IMG/VR virus record: IMGVR_UViG_3300013121_000054
Span: 1 to 64,000 of that record
Origin: a virus
Taxonomy: Duplodnaviria > Caudoviricetes
Reading direction: 5' to 3' (one strand)
Length of the DNA stretch: 64,000 bases
Part shown: piece after piece, positions 1 to 9,951 of the stretch
Numbering within the stretch: the stretch's first letter is position 1
How the letters are laid out: the number at the start of each line of letters is the position of its first letter
Made by a program: the position numbers and the translations under genes
The notes under the pieces: generated by a model
The model's database searches: none
Told to the model about the DNA's origin: nothing
Seen by the model: the letters and a program-made list of their open reading frames with translations, nothing else

Positions 1-231
1 ATGAAAACCTACAAAGAGGCGGTCGCCAATGGAGACGATTATGCAAAATCACAGATGGCTGATCACATCGGAATATCGGTAGAGGGAGATCACCTTCTCG
101 TACTCAGCATGGTGGGTTTTATGCCCGTGATGGCCAAGGTGAGATTTCTAAATGGCAGGCGCGAGAATCAAATCTGGTTGGTCGATCCAGCGACTATAAG
201 AGTTTTGAAGAGAAGGGCAGAGCTTAACTAG
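1..231 (+). CDS. hypothetical phage protein (may be 5'-truncated by the window edge)
   Basis: 76-aa ORF on the arm's coding strand; no family recognised. Confidence 0.5.
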   Translation: MKTYKEAVANGDDYAKSQMADHIGISVEGDHLLVLSMVGFMPVMAKVRFLNGRRENQIWLVDPATIRVLKRRAELN

Positions 232-249
232 TCCTTATCACCCAAGTCA

Positions 250-279
250 TTGACCTTCATACTTCCCGGAGTGTACTAT
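250..279 (+). promoter_or_regulatory. sigma70-type promoter
   Basis: TTGACC (250-255), 18 bp, TACTAT (274-279), intergenic. Confidence 0.55.
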
Positions 280-515
280 TTGTCCAACCTCAGTGATGAG
301 GTGTGGAAATTTTTGGAAAGCCGCAGCGGAGCGTTATTGTTCCTGCTGTTCCAGATGTAGTCGATCGGGAATGCTCCCCGGTTAGCTGTCGCTTATAAGC
401 AGGGAACCGCCCATCCGGCCTCACGGGCCGTGGGCGTTTCTGTTAGCGCACGCGGTATATCAAAAACATACACAGAAAACCTGCTTGATCCATACGAAAA
501 AGAAAAGAGGATGTT

Positions 516-722
516 ATGTCTTCCCGAGCTACCGCACTGGTTTGCCGCTGGCCAAACCATCAGATGTACGCGCAGCCAGGCATGACCTGCCCGGCTTGCA
601 AGAAGCCTGCTACACCGAGCACACCCGCGCAAAGGGTGCGTAAAGCATCGAAAGATCTGATCAGAGCGATCGGAGCCCTGATTCATGCTTGCGCCGATTG
701 GTGCTCTGCCCTGACACTGTAA
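516..722 (+). CDS. small Cys-containing hypothetical protein
   Basis: GAGG RBS before ATG; CRW...CPAC motif. Confidence 0.5.
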   Translation: MSSRATALVCRWPNHQMYAQPGMTCPACKKPATPSTPAQRVRKASKDLIRAIGALIHACADWCSALTL

Positions 723-791
723 AAACCCACTAGACAACTTGAGCGCAAAAGCTTGCACACTGCGGGCGGTTTTGCGCTGCGAAGGAAATTC

Positions 792-1064
792 ATGCACGAT
801 TTTAATGGTCCCGCTTATATGCCAGCTCGCGACAGGATGCGCCTGACTGCGCAGATGGAGCGCATTTTCAGCATTATGAAAGACGGGGAGTGGAGAAGCC
901 TCGATCAAATAAGAGCGCAAACAGGAGATCCGCAAGCGAGTATTTCTGCTCAACTGCGCCATCTTCGGAAAGAGCGATTCGGGGCACACAGACTGGATCG
1001 CCGATATGACGGCAACGGACTATACAGCTATCGATTGATTATCAATGCAGAGAGGAAATTATGA
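792..1064 (+). CDS. winged-helix DNA-binding protein
   Basis: AAGGA RBS before ATG 792; IFSIMKDGEWRSLDQIRAQTGDPQASISAQLRHLRK wHTH pattern; ATGA overlap with the next gene. Confidence 0.65.
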   Translation: MHDFNGPAYMPARDRMRLTAQMERIFSIMKDGEWRSLDQIRAQTGDPQASISAQLRHLRKERFGAHRLDRRYDGNGLYSYRLIINAERKL

Positions 1065-2176
1065 CAGCAACAGAAACACCTGCGGCGCAGTTGCCAGCCA
1101 AGGCGGCGCCCCAGCAAATTATCGTTACCAAAGATCAGCCGCCGCTAGAATTCCTCGATCTGGTAGGCGAGGCAAACAAGACCGCCTGGTCAGTTATGTG
1201 CCGGTCGCACTATCCCGGCATGAGCTATGACTCAGTGCTAACTGTGGCAAAACTGTGCCACCAGCGCGGGCTCGACCTAATGGCCAAGCCATACCACATA
1301 GTAAAGATCGGCGATACAGAGAGCATCTGGCCCAGCATCAATCTTTATCGCTGCATAGCGCACCGCACCGCGCAATACTGCGGGCAGGATGAGGCTCTGT
1401 ATGGGCCAGAGAAAGACTTTCTATACCAAGGAAGGACATATCGCGCACCCGAGTGGTGCAAGGTGACCGTTTACCGCTGGAATGCCCTGACTGGGAAGAA
1501 AGAGCCATATACAGGCAAGATCTTCTACGAAGAACAGGTCGTGCTGAAGGATAAGGGCACTGTGCCCAATGATATGTGGGCGAAACGCCCGAAGGGGCAA
1601 ATGGAGAAGGGTGCGGAGGCGCTCGCGCTGCGCAAAGCCTTCCCAGAAGAGATCGGCTCTGATCCGACCTTTGAAGAGATGGAAGGCCGCTCGGAGGTCG
1701 AGCTTGGATTCAAGTCGCCTTACGAAGCAATGCAGGAGCGGGTGGCGGAGCGCGCCCAGGTGCAGCAAGAAAATCGCGAGACCATACTGGCGGAATTCAA
1801 AACCATTGAGCCGACTGGCGAGGCGGAAAAGATCTATGTATCTGCCGAGAAGCGCCTAGAGGAGCAGATCACAAATAAACTGGAGGCCGAAGCTAGCGTG
1901 ATGGCCGAGAAGGGCGATCGCGTCGGCGCTGAGGCGGTGCGCAAAGAGGCAGAGCAAGTTAAGGCGGCAACATCGGAAAAGAAGATCAATATCGCCGAGC
2001 TGACTCTGACTGGCAGCGCCCGAAAAGGCTGGAAGTCTGACCAGGTGAAGAGCCTGGTGAAGCAAGAATGCGGGCTCGATTGGGCGGATGCGGTCAAAGG
2101 TATTACGCGCGAGCAGTTCGATGCTGTGCTTCTCATCGTTAGCAACAAAACGCCCGCGGAGGCTCTCAAGTCATGA
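1061..2176 (+). CDS. bet: phage recombination protein Bet/RecT-family single-strand annealing protein
   Basis: LDLMAKPYHIV, WPSINLYRCIAHRT.QYCGQDE, PEWCKVTVYR, MWAKRPKGQMEKGAEALALRKAFPE are typical of the Bet family. Confidence 0.85.
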   Translation: MTATETPAAQLPAKAAPQQIIVTKDQPPLEFLDLVGEANKTAWSVMCRSHYPGMSYDSVLTVAKLCHQRGLDLMAKPYHIVKIGDTESIWPSINLYRCIAHRTAQYCGQDEALYGPEKDFLYQGRTYRAPEWCKVTVYRWNALTGKKEPYTGKIFYEEQVVLKDKGTVPNDMWAKRPKGQMEKGAEALALRKAFPEEIGSDPTFEEMEGRSEVELGFKSPYEAMQERVAERAQVQQENRETILAEFKTIEPTGEAEKIYVSAEKRLEEQITNKLEAEASVMAEKGDRVGAEAVRKEAEQVKAATSEKKINIAELTLTGSARKGWKSDQVKSLVKQECGLDWADAVKGITREQFDAVLLIVSNKTPAEALKS

Positions 2177-4023
2177 CCCAGGAATTATCAACAGCAGAGC
2201 GCGCGGCGATCGCCATGCGCGAGGTCTTTGGCGAGACTGCGGAGCTCAAATACAGCTTTTCGTATGACTGCCCCGAGGATCTTGAGGGGCTGGAGCGCGA
2301 GAAAGAAAAGCTCGACAAGGCGCTGGAGGCAAAAGCGATCCTTGAGCCGGTGGCAGTGGCTGCGATCAAAGCGCGTCACCGCCTGGTGATCGACAAGATC
2401 GCGGTGCTTCAGTCGCCAGCCTTCAGCAAGAAGCCGCCAAAATCTCAGGAGCGCGAGCGCTATGATGCGCTCCTGGCTCGGATTAAGCCACTCGATCTTG
2501 AGACCGAATGGCTCGATCGGGAACTGGAGCGCCTTGCTATTCCGATCGGCACCCTTGCTGGTCTTACGCAGGAGAAAGCCGACGAAATCGGAACAGCAAT
2601 CGCAGCTTTCGAGGCTGCGTGGCCGAAGAAAGATGAGGCAAAAGACGGATCGCGCCGAGGCCGCAGGAATGCCGGTGCCAAGAAGGATAAGAAGGAAGAG
2701 CCCCCAAAGCAAGAAAGTGTCGCTGCGACACCTGGCACTTCAGAAGCGGCTGCGGCTGCTGCCTCTCCTGCTGCATCAGATGTACTCACTAAAGATGAAT
2801 CTGATGTCGCCTGGGCAGCCTACAATTTCTTGCGGGATCAAGACCTTGAGCCGCCCGCCGAGTTTGAGCAAAGACTTTTGGCCGGTGCAGCCACATCGAA
2901 TGATTTCGATGCGCTGACTTCGGCCGCTATGGATATGGGCTGGGTGCCGGAACTGGCAAGCGCTCCTGCTGAAACAGAGACAGCAGAAGCCGAGCCGGTC
3001 TCTGAAATCCCGTTCATTGCGGAGAGTAGTGGAACCGTGAAACCCGAGGAGGTGAGCGATCTTCAGCAAAAGATAGAAACACCGGAAACAAATAGGGATT
3101 TGGAAACCAAGGAATCTAATGATGTTACTTCAGCGGAGCCTGGCTTGAGTGCTACCGCGGGCGAGGGTGGAAATCATGTAGATGCGGAGGCGCTGCCGGC
3201 AGAGTCGAATCAAAAAAATATCGCGAATTCTCACCAAGACTCTGCCGGTCAGCCAGTCCAACTACCCGCAGCCCAGGTGCAAGAGACAGAGCAATATCTC
3301 GAAAAAGAAGACGGCACATGGGTGAATCTGAAAGATGGCACGGTGCTCACCGAGGAGCAGATCGAGAAAGCGAAGCTCGACAAGAAGCTGACCGACGCCG
3401 AGGTCTTCCTCTTCGTGGATTCGCTTGAGGTCTCTGCTTATGAAGACGCAGTAAAAGTGCTGACTCTCATTAAAAACTGGCAGCACGATTGCGAAGATAT
3501 AGCCAAGATTGCGCGCGACCTGATTAATGCAAAACTTCGCCTGATCAATGGCTTCCTCTATCGATTCAATCGCGGTATCAGAGCCGTGTTTGAGCCGAAG
3601 CTGAAGAAAAACCAAGAAGGGGAGTATGACCCGAAAAACGTCAAGGTGCTCGATGCTGGCGTGAAGTTGTTCTGGACAACCACAGGCGGTGTCAAGTGTG
3701 TTGATCGCAAGGGTCTCAATGGCTTCATGGCGACCTGCTCGGATGCTGTCTTTGAGGGTCTCGGCGGCACTTACGGCAAGCCGCAGAGGGTCTGGGAATA
3801 TGAGAAGATCGTCAAGCTTTACGAGGCGGGCGAGGAGAGCTTGCAGCGCTTCTTCACGAAGTCGGATGTGAATGAACTAGGTTTGATGCGCGTAGGGGTG
3901 GACCGCTCCCCTTGGACGCCTGCGCGAATCGGGAAGGAATTTAAGATCGCAAAAAATCTGCCAATGCTGACCACATCAGCAGAAAGCGAGCAAGAGGAAA
4001 GCACCAGCGGCACTGCCGCATAG
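2173..4023 (+). CDS. 616-aa protein: coiled-coil N-terminus, acidic low-complexity middle, possible Gam/Gp157-like C-terminal domain
   Basis: long coupled ORF after bet; the C-terminal helical hairpin plus KNVKVLDAGVKLFWTTT loosely resembles Mu-Gam-like proteins (weak). Confidence 0.45.
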   Translation: MTQELSTAERAAIAMREVFGETAELKYSFSYDCPEDLEGLEREKEKLDKALEAKAILEPVAVAAIKARHRLVIDKIAVLQSPAFSKKPPKSQERERYDALLARIKPLDLETEWLDRELERLAIPIGTLAGLTQEKADEIGTAIAAFEAAWPKKDEAKDGSRRGRRNAGAKKDKKEEPPKQESVAATPGTSEAAAAAASPAASDVLTKDESDVAWAAYNFLRDQDLEPPAEFEQRLLAGAATSNDFDALTSAAMDMGWVPELASAPAETETAEAEPVSEIPFIAESSGTVKPEEVSDLQQKIETPETNRDLETKESNDVTSAEPGLSATAGEGGNHVDAEALPAESNQKNIANSHQDSAGQPVQLPAAQVQETEQYLEKEDGTWVNLKDGTVLTEEQIEKAKLDKKLTDAEVFLFVDSLEVSAYEDAVKVLTLIKNWQHDCEDIAKIARDLINAKLRLINGFLYRFNRGIRAVFEPKLKKNQEGEYDPKNVKVLDAGVKLFWTTTGGVKCVDRKGLNGFMATCSDAVFEGLGGTYGKPQRVWEYEKIVKLYEAGEESLQRFFTKSDVNELGLMRVGVDRSPWTPARIGKEFKIAKNLPMLTTSAESEQEESTSGTAA

Positions 4024-4038
4024 CTGAAAGGATCGAAA

Positions 4039-4470
4039 ATGAGAATAATACCAGCCATGGTGGCTGCATTGATTTGCAGCCAGGCGGCAGTGTGCGCCGA
4101 AGATCAGCCGCAAGCAAAGCCGCCCGGCTTCTGGAGTCGGCACGAGAAGCTCAAAACCCTTCGCGATTGGAGCACCGCGCCAGCACGCGCGGTGTGGAAT
4201 TCGCACACAGTTACCACCCTTCGCGATACACCGGCAGGCAAGAAAATCTGCGCGGCCTCAAAGGCATCAGCTCAGAAGACGTGGCAAATCACCAAGCAAG
4301 GCGCCCATGTCGCCAATGTCGCAGCTCTCAAAGCTAGTGACGTTGGTTACAAATACGGTGGCATTGCGCAGCTCGGGATCATGGCAAGCACTGGCATTAC
4401 AGCCATCCGAAACAAAAACAACAACAAAAACCAAACAATAATCATGGCTCCGATACCGAGCCAGAAGTGA
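4039..4470 (+). CDS. secreted hypothetical protein
   Basis: MRIIPAMVAALICSQAAVCA signal-peptide pattern. Confidence 0.65.
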   Translation: MRIIPAMVAALICSQAAVCAEDQPQAKPPGFWSRHEKLKTLRDWSTAPARAVWNSHTVTTLRDTPAGKKICAASKASAQKTWQITKQGAHVANVAALKASDVGYKYGGIAQLGIMASTGITAIRNKNNNKNQTIIMAPIPSQK

Positions 4471-4477
4471 GGCGGAA

Positions 4478-4783
4478 ATGAGTAAGCAAATGCTCGGAGC
4501 CGGTCTGATTAGGCGCGGTCAGATCACCTTCAAAGGACCGGCAGCAGAAGCGGTAGTGTCAGAGGTTGATGCGCTTATGCGTCGCATCCAGATCTTGAAT
4601 GACGCTCGCCTTAAAGCTCTGCGTTATGCGGAGGATTTCGACTCCGCACTCAAGGCGACCTACGCCTTTCTGAATAATGTCGAGCACGCAGAGACGCGCG
4701 ATCAGTTGCGCTGGCTGCTCGATCTCAACGTGTCGCGCAACAGAGATCTGAAAGAGGCTCTAAAGGTCACGGTGGGCGAGTAA
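4478..4783 (+). CDS. hypothetical protein
   Basis: 101-aa ORF, TAATG-coupled to the next gene. Confidence 0.6.
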   Translation: MSKQMLGAGLIRRGQITFKGPAAEAVVSEVDALMRRIQILNDARLKALRYAEDFDSALKATYAFLNNVEHAETRDQLRWLLDLNVSRNRDLKEALKVTVGE

Positions 4784-5313
4784 TGCACGATTATCCCATC
4801 GCCAAGGGCTCGCACTTGCACCGACTGCTAACGCAGGAGGATGTGAAGCTCGGGCTAGGCATCAAGCCGATTATCTTCCAGTTCAGAATTCGCCCGGTGC
4901 CATTCAAGCGCGTGGTGCCGAAAGTTGGAAAGCCGTATAACCCCAGGGAGTATCGCGAATACAAAGAGCTGATTCAGAAGTCAGCCCTTCAGCAATACAG
5001 CGGCCCCACGCTGAGAACCACACTCAGGGTCGATTGCTTCTTCTTTTTCGATTCCGGGCACCATGGCGATCGAGATAACCTCGGGAAAGCCATCGAGGAT
5101 GCGCTGCAATACGACAACGACAAGGATCACTACTTTCGAGGCATCTATCACAACGATAAAAGCAACCTCGCGGGCAGTCAGGAAATTTTCTATAAATCCG
5201 AGCACGGCGATGACTGGCCTGGATTTGAGGGCAGCCTCGTGATTATCACGCGCCGAAATCCCTACAGCCCGCTCGGAACCCCACTATTAGAGCAACTAAT
5301 GCCAAGGAGTTGA
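4783..5313 (+). CDS. rusA: RusA-family Holliday junction resolvase
   Basis: P.PFKR...Y..YK..I and GDRDNLGKAIEDAL motif; replication-module context. Confidence 0.75.
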   Translation: MHDYPIAKGSHLHRLLTQEDVKLGLGIKPIIFQFRIRPVPFKRVVPKVGKPYNPREYREYKELIQKSALQQYSGPTLRTTLRVDCFFFFDSGHHGDRDNLGKAIEDALQYDNDKDHYFRGIYHNDKSNLAGSQEIFYKSEHGDDWPGFEGSLVIITRRNPYSPLGTPLLEQLMPRS

Positions 5314-5316
5314 GAG

Positions 5317-5745
5317 ATGTACTTAGAAAAAATCAAAAAGGGACAAGAAGAGCGAGACGGTTATGTCAAAGCGATTCAAATGCTGATTCCGCCGCATCCT
5401 TCCGACTATGACGCAATTTACGAGCACAAGAAGGAAGTGCAGCGCCTGAGCGATCTACACCACGCTACGTGCTTTGGGATCGAGCACCAGGTGCATGTTT
5501 TGCTGCAAGCGCTCTATAGCGCCTGCGGTGAAGATTGGAACGTCACCGCCGATGTGGTCGAAGAGGCATATCGCGGTAATTCTGAGCCAGCCTGGCTTGC
5601 TGCGCGCCTGGCTCAAATCGAAGAAGCAAAAGAAGCCGCAGCGAAAAAGAGGAGCCGCAAAGAGATCCCTGGTCAGATAGATCTTCGCGACGAACTGGCA
5701 AATCAGCAAATGAATGAGGAGGGCCGCGATGAAGCCACCGTGTAA
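5317..5745 (+). CDS. hypothetical protein
   Basis: GGAG RBS; 142-aa helical ORF. Confidence 0.6.
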   Translation: MYLEKIKKGQEERDGYVKAIQMLIPPHPSDYDAIYEHKKEVQRLSDLHHATCFGIEHQVHVLLQALYSACGEDWNVTADVVEEAYRGNSEPAWLAARLAQIEEAKEAAAKKRSRKEIPGQIDLRDELANQQMNEEGRDEATV

Positions 5746-6058
5746 AGCACCTGAAGGTTACCTGCCCGCCGCCGACTATGCGCGGCTGCACAACATCCAC
5801 CCATCGACCTTGCTTGGCTACTGCGCGACGGGCCGCCTAGAGCATTTGCGAATTCGTAAGTGGCACTTTATACCCGAGAACGCAAAAGTACAGCCCACGC
5901 GCAAATCAATACCGGATGGTTGCCTCACAACCACAGAATACTGCGCACGCCATGGCATGAGCCTCAGCAGAGTGAAAGCAATGCTGAAAGCTGGGCTGAT
6001 TGAGGGCGCACGGTGGACCGGTCAACAATGGCTACTGCCAGAAGAGGTGACATGCTGA
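5729..6058 (+). CDS. tandem HTH (MerR/excisionase-like) DNA-binding protein
   Basis: two repeats, YLPAADYARLHNIHPSTLLGYCATGRL and CLTTTEYCARHGMSLSRVKAMLKAGLI...GQQWLLP. Confidence 0.7.
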   Translation: MKPPCKAPEGYLPAADYARLHNIHPSTLLGYCATGRLEHLRIRKWHFIPENAKVQPTRKSIPDGCLTTTEYCARHGMSLSRVKAMLKAGLIEGARWTGQQWLLPEEVTC

Positions 6059-6363
6059 CAGATAATCAAAAGAGGGCAAATCAACTGCTGCCCCAGTGGA
6101 TCTCAGGCCGTAATTCAATCGTGAATGCACTGGCTGCGGAGCTGGATGAAGCCGAGCGCCGCGGCAGAGAGAATGCTGAGCAGCCGCACGCCACTCTCAG
6201 TATCGCGCAGCTCACGCTGTGGGATCTCGCGGCTCTGCTAGCCAGCCTTAAGGCGCACAATCCTTTTAAGGCTGCTGATCTCTTTGTCGAGGAGCGCGCA
6301 GCCCATCTTGCAGCAAAGCAAGAAGCAAAGCCAGAGCTGTCGCCTGTGCCAGAGGTCATGTGA
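6052..6363 (+). CDS. hypothetical protein
   Basis: GAGGT RBS before ATG 6052. Confidence 0.55.
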   Translation: MLTDNQKRANQLLPQWISGRNSIVNALAAELDEAERRGRENAEQPHATLSIAQLTLWDLAALLASLKAHNPFKAADLFVEERAAHLAAKQEAKPELSPVPEVM

Positions 6364-6963
6364 GTGGCTGTTATCAAACCATTTCCTCTCACTTCGGCCG
6401 ACTACTTTGTCTTCACAGACACCGAATCCTCGGGTCTGCATTCAACGGACGATCAGATCATCCAGCTCACCTGCGTGCTGACTGGGCGCTATCCAGCCTT
6501 CCCGATCATCACTTACTTCAGCAGCTATGTCAGGCTCGATGATGAGCGCGAAATCCATCCCGAGGCATTCAAAACGCACGGGCTCTCGCGTGAATTTCTC
6601 GCCGACAAACCGGTAGAGGAAATGGTCGCGCTCCTGCTGCACGACTTCACTCACTTGGTGCCATCCCCAGTCTTTGCTGGCTATAACTGCCCATTTGATC
6701 TGGCAATGCTCGACGCGCTCCAGCGGCGCACCATGCACCTGGCTGCATACAAGACGCCCTCGCTCGACATTTATCGCGAGCTTAAGGCGCGGGTCTACCT
6801 GGGCAACCACGAGAAGGCCCATTCGCTGGAATCAGCGCTGAAGCATTTTGGTTTATCCACAGCCGGTGCGCACGATTCAGCTACCGATATTTACAACACG
6901 ATCAAACTTGCCCGCATCGTCTTACCCATGCCCATAAAGGAGGAGTTATGTCGAGCGTCTTAA
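6364..6963 (+). CDS. DEDDh 3'-5' exonuclease (DnaQ/PolIII epsilon-like)
   Basis: ExoI FTDTESSGL, ExoII AGYNCPFDLAML, ExoIII AHDSATDI. Confidence 0.9.
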   Translation: MAVIKPFPLTSADYFVFTDTESSGLHSTDDQIIQLTCVLTGRYPAFPIITYFSSYVRLDDEREIHPEAFKTHGLSREFLADKPVEEMVALLLHDFTHLVPSPVFAGYNCPFDLAMLDALQRRTMHLAAYKTPSLDIYRELKARVYLGNHEKAHSLESALKHFGLSTAGAHDSATDIYNTIKLARIVLPMPIKEELCRAS

Positions 6964-7139
6964 TTCAGAATGGATCATGGTTTGCTACAGCCCTGGAGAG
7001 CAATCGCCGAAAGACTGAAGATCTGGAAGCGGAGATCTGGAAGCTGCGCGAAGAGAATCGAAAATTGAAGCAGGAAAACATCTTGTTGCGGACAAATGCC
7101 CCCGCCGCTATTATCGATACACCCTCGAAATTGACTTAA
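6948..7139 (+). CDS. small coiled-coil protein
   Basis: LEAEIWKLREENRKLKQENILL heptads; GGAG RBS. Confidence 0.55.
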   Translation: MSSVLIQNGSWFATALESNRRKTEDLEAEIWKLREENRKLKQENILLRTNAPAAIIDTPSKLT

Positions 7140-7190
7140 ATCCAGTCGCCGCCTTGCGCGGCGCCCTTACCCACGCTTTCTTAGGATTCC

Positions 7191-9479
7191 ATGAAATACA
7201 CCCAGGCTGACCTGATCAGAATCGCCAGCTCGCTTGGTAATTGTCAGCTACACAGAGACGGTAATGTCTCGTGCGTTTGCCCGAAACACGGCAGCCCGGG
7301 CGACGACGGCACCAGCTTCAACATGAAGGTGAGCGACCAGGGCAATCTGGTGCTGACCTGTAGGAAAAACTGCACTTATGAAGACCTCAGGACAGCATTA
7401 GAAGATCGAGGTCTCATCGAGAAGCGCAATAAAGTAGTCGAGATGCGCGGCTCTCGCCAGTGGGAGCTGCTTGCTGAGTATGACTATGAAGATTTCGACG
7501 GCAGCATACTTTACAAGACAAAGAAATTCCGCAAGCCTGATGGCAGCAAGACCTTCGCGCAATATAGAGCAGTTGGCAATGGTGGCTTTGAGAAAGGTCT
7601 TGGCACTGTAAAGCGGGTGCTCTTCCACTTGCCCAGGCTGCGCAGGGCGATCGAAGAGGGCGATATGATCGTCTTTGTCGAGGGCGAGAAAGACGTGCTG
7701 ACAGCCGAAGGGCTCGGGCTGGCAGCGACCTGCAATCCCATGGGGGCAAAGAAGTGGGATGGCAGCTACACCGAGCAATTAAGCGGTGCCCCGATCGTTT
7801 ACGTGATCGCAGATAACGACAGCGACGGCAAAGAGCATGCGAGGCTAGTGGCCACCAGTCTGCACAAGGCTGGCACGCGCTGCGCAATAATCAACCTGCC
7901 CGGGCTCCCGGTGAAGGGGGATCTGACTGACTGGATCGAGCAGGGCCATGATCTCGGGCAGCTCCTCGATGAGTTTGCGAAAGCGGCGAATTATGCGCCC
8001 GGTGTCGATGATCCGGCCTTGCCGGCTGAAGAGATCTCGATCGACAAAGCCCTGGAGCAGCTCGGTCTCGGGCGAGACCCAGATCGCGACGAAGCCAATG
8101 GGCAGCGCTACAAAAAGCTACACCTCGGTAAGAGCTATTACACACGGCAGAGAGGCTGGGTGCACTATGAGGATGGCAGGTTTGTGCACGACGATCCGAA
8201 GCAGCACAAAGCCAGGGAGCTGGGTCGCGCTGTGGTGCAAGGCATCTATGCAGAGGCTGATCGCTTTGAGAAGAGCTGCCCAGGGCTGCACCACAGACTC
8301 ACCAGATTTGCTGCAAAGTGCCAAGATACAGGACCGCTCAACAACATGATCCAAATGGCTGCATTGCAGGAGGGTATGCGAGCAGAGATCTCTGAGTTTG
8401 ACCGCCACAAAGAGTATCTGAACTGTGCAAATGGCGTGATAGACCTGCGCACAATGACCCTGCTGCCGCATGACCCGGCTCTCAAGCTCACAAAGCAATG
8501 CCCTGTTGAATTCGACCTGCACGCAGAAGCGCCAGAATGGGCCAGATTTATGCGCCACTTTACGAGCGGCGACCTGAAACTCGAGCAATTCTTGCAAGAA
8601 GCAATCGGTTATACCTTCACTGGCTATACGAAAGAGCAAAAAGTCTTTATCACCAAGGGTGGTGGCGGCAATGGTAAATCAATCTTTCTTGATACGCTCC
8701 AGCTTATCGGAGGCGACTACGCTCAGAACGTGCGCGCCAAGATGTTTATGGCCAAGACTCATGAGTCGCAGCTCGACTCAGCAAGCCAGCTCGATGGTGC
8801 TCGATTTGTTAATGTGAGCGAGCTTAACGCAGGTGATGTGCTGGATGAGGCCTTCCTCAAGGATGTCTCTGGCGGCACAGATCGTGTGAATGCACGGTAT
8901 CTATTTAACGAGCCTTATCACTTCAAGCCCGAGTGCACCCTCTGGTTTAGAGGTCAGTACAGGCCGCAGATCTCGGGCACCGATGAGGGGATCTGGCGGC
9001 GCATTTTGCTGATTCCCTTGATTGCTGACCTGGGCGCGATCTACAAAGAGCGGACCCTGGAAGAGAAGCTTGCAAAAGAGCTGCCAGGCATCCTGCTTTG
9101 GATCGTGGTCGGCGCAAATAGATGGCTGACCAATGGGCAGAAGCTGAACATCCCCGAGTGCGTCGAGAAGGCTACAAAGAGCTACCGGGCCGATATGGAT
9201 ATGATCGCCGCTTTCATGTTTGAGAAATGCGTTATCAACCAGTATGAGCGGATCGGGTCGCTTGAACTTTATGAGGCATACTGCCGGTACATGCGCGGCA
9301 TCCAATTAACACCGCTCGGGCTGCGCCGCTTCTCAGCGGATATTGAAGCGCGCAAAGGCATCGAAAAGAAGCGCAGCAGCACCGGCTTCTTCTTCCAAGG
9401 AATCCGCCTCAAATCCGGCTCTGAGCAAGATATGAGCTATGACGAAGTGGAGCACGAGCCCGAAATTCTCGCCGTATAG
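7191..9479 (+). CDS. P4/D5-type primase-helicase (Zn-finger, Toprim, D5_N, SF3 helicase, C-terminal wHTH)
   Basis: CVCPKH Zn motif; FVEGEKDV...ADNDSDG Toprim; NCANGVIDL D5_N; Walker A GGGGNGKS. Confidence 0.92.
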   Translation: MKYTQADLIRIASSLGNCQLHRDGNVSCVCPKHGSPGDDGTSFNMKVSDQGNLVLTCRKNCTYEDLRTALEDRGLIEKRNKVVEMRGSRQWELLAEYDYEDFDGSILYKTKKFRKPDGSKTFAQYRAVGNGGFEKGLGTVKRVLFHLPRLRRAIEEGDMIVFVEGEKDVLTAEGLGLAATCNPMGAKKWDGSYTEQLSGAPIVYVIADNDSDGKEHARLVATSLHKAGTRCAIINLPGLPVKGDLTDWIEQGHDLGQLLDEFAKAANYAPGVDDPALPAEEISIDKALEQLGLGRDPDRDEANGQRYKKLHLGKSYYTRQRGWVHYEDGRFVHDDPKQHKARELGRAVVQGIYAEADRFEKSCPGLHHRLTRFAAKCQDTGPLNNMIQMAALQEGMRAEISEFDRHKEYLNCANGVIDLRTMTLLPHDPALKLTKQCPVEFDLHAEAPEWARFMRHFTSGDLKLEQFLQEAIGYTFTGYTKEQKVFITKGGGGNGKSIFLDTLQLIGGDYAQNVRAKMFMAKTHESQLDSASQLDGARFVNVSELNAGDVLDEAFLKDVSGGTDRVNARYLFNEPYHFKPECTLWFRGQYRPQISGTDEGIWRRILLIPLIADLGAIYKERTLEEKLAKELPGILLWIVVGANRWLTNGQKLNIPECVEKATKSYRADMDMIAAFMFEKCVINQYERIGSLELYEAYCRYMRGIQLTPLGLRRFSADIEARKGIEKKRSSTGFFFQGIRLKSGSEQDMSYDEVEHEPEILAV

Positions 9480-9505
9480 CTACTATATAAACTAAAGGGG
9501 TAACA

Positions 9506-9745
9506 ATGGCTCACAAACCTAACTATAAGACTATCAACTGCCAGTATCCAGAGGTATCGATTCATCAAATGGACTTTATTGCAATGGTGCTGGGTATGAC
9601 CCGCACCGAGCTCCTGCGTGATGCGCTGCGGGTGTATATACGCCAGTTTCGGCAAGATACGGCGCCGAAACTGCGCGAAGAGATCGATCGCAAGTTGCTG
9701 ATCGAAGAGCCAGAGAAGCTGGAGAAGGCTAAAAGCAAGTGCTGA
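9506..9745 (+). CDS. ribbon-helix-helix regulator
   Basis: TINCQYPEVSIHQMDFIAMVLGMTRTELLRDALRVY. Confidence 0.65.
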   Translation: MAHKPNYKTINCQYPEVSIHQMDFIAMVLGMTRTELLRDALRVYIRQFRQDTAPKLREEIDRKLLIEEPEKLEKAKSKC

Positions 9746-9951
9746 GCGAGGTGCTAATGCAGATAGCGATTGAATCACCGCCAATCAGGTATCCCTTCTA
9801 TCGCGAGGTTTTGATCGCGGCGGCTGTCCGGAATTTTGAGCGCCTGAGATTTTGGCAGCTCGTGCTCCCTCTGCCGTGCAACCGCGCGCAATGGCGCGTA
9901 AAAAGATTGATCACTAGATCTCTGGTTTACTTGGCTGAAAATGGCCTATAA
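9739..9951 (+). CDS. hypothetical protein
   Basis: 70-aa ORF overlapping the RHH stop. Confidence 0.4.
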   Translation: MLSEVLMQIAIESPPIRYPFYREVLIAAAVRNFERLRFWQLVLPLPCNRAQWRVKRLITRSLVYLAENGL

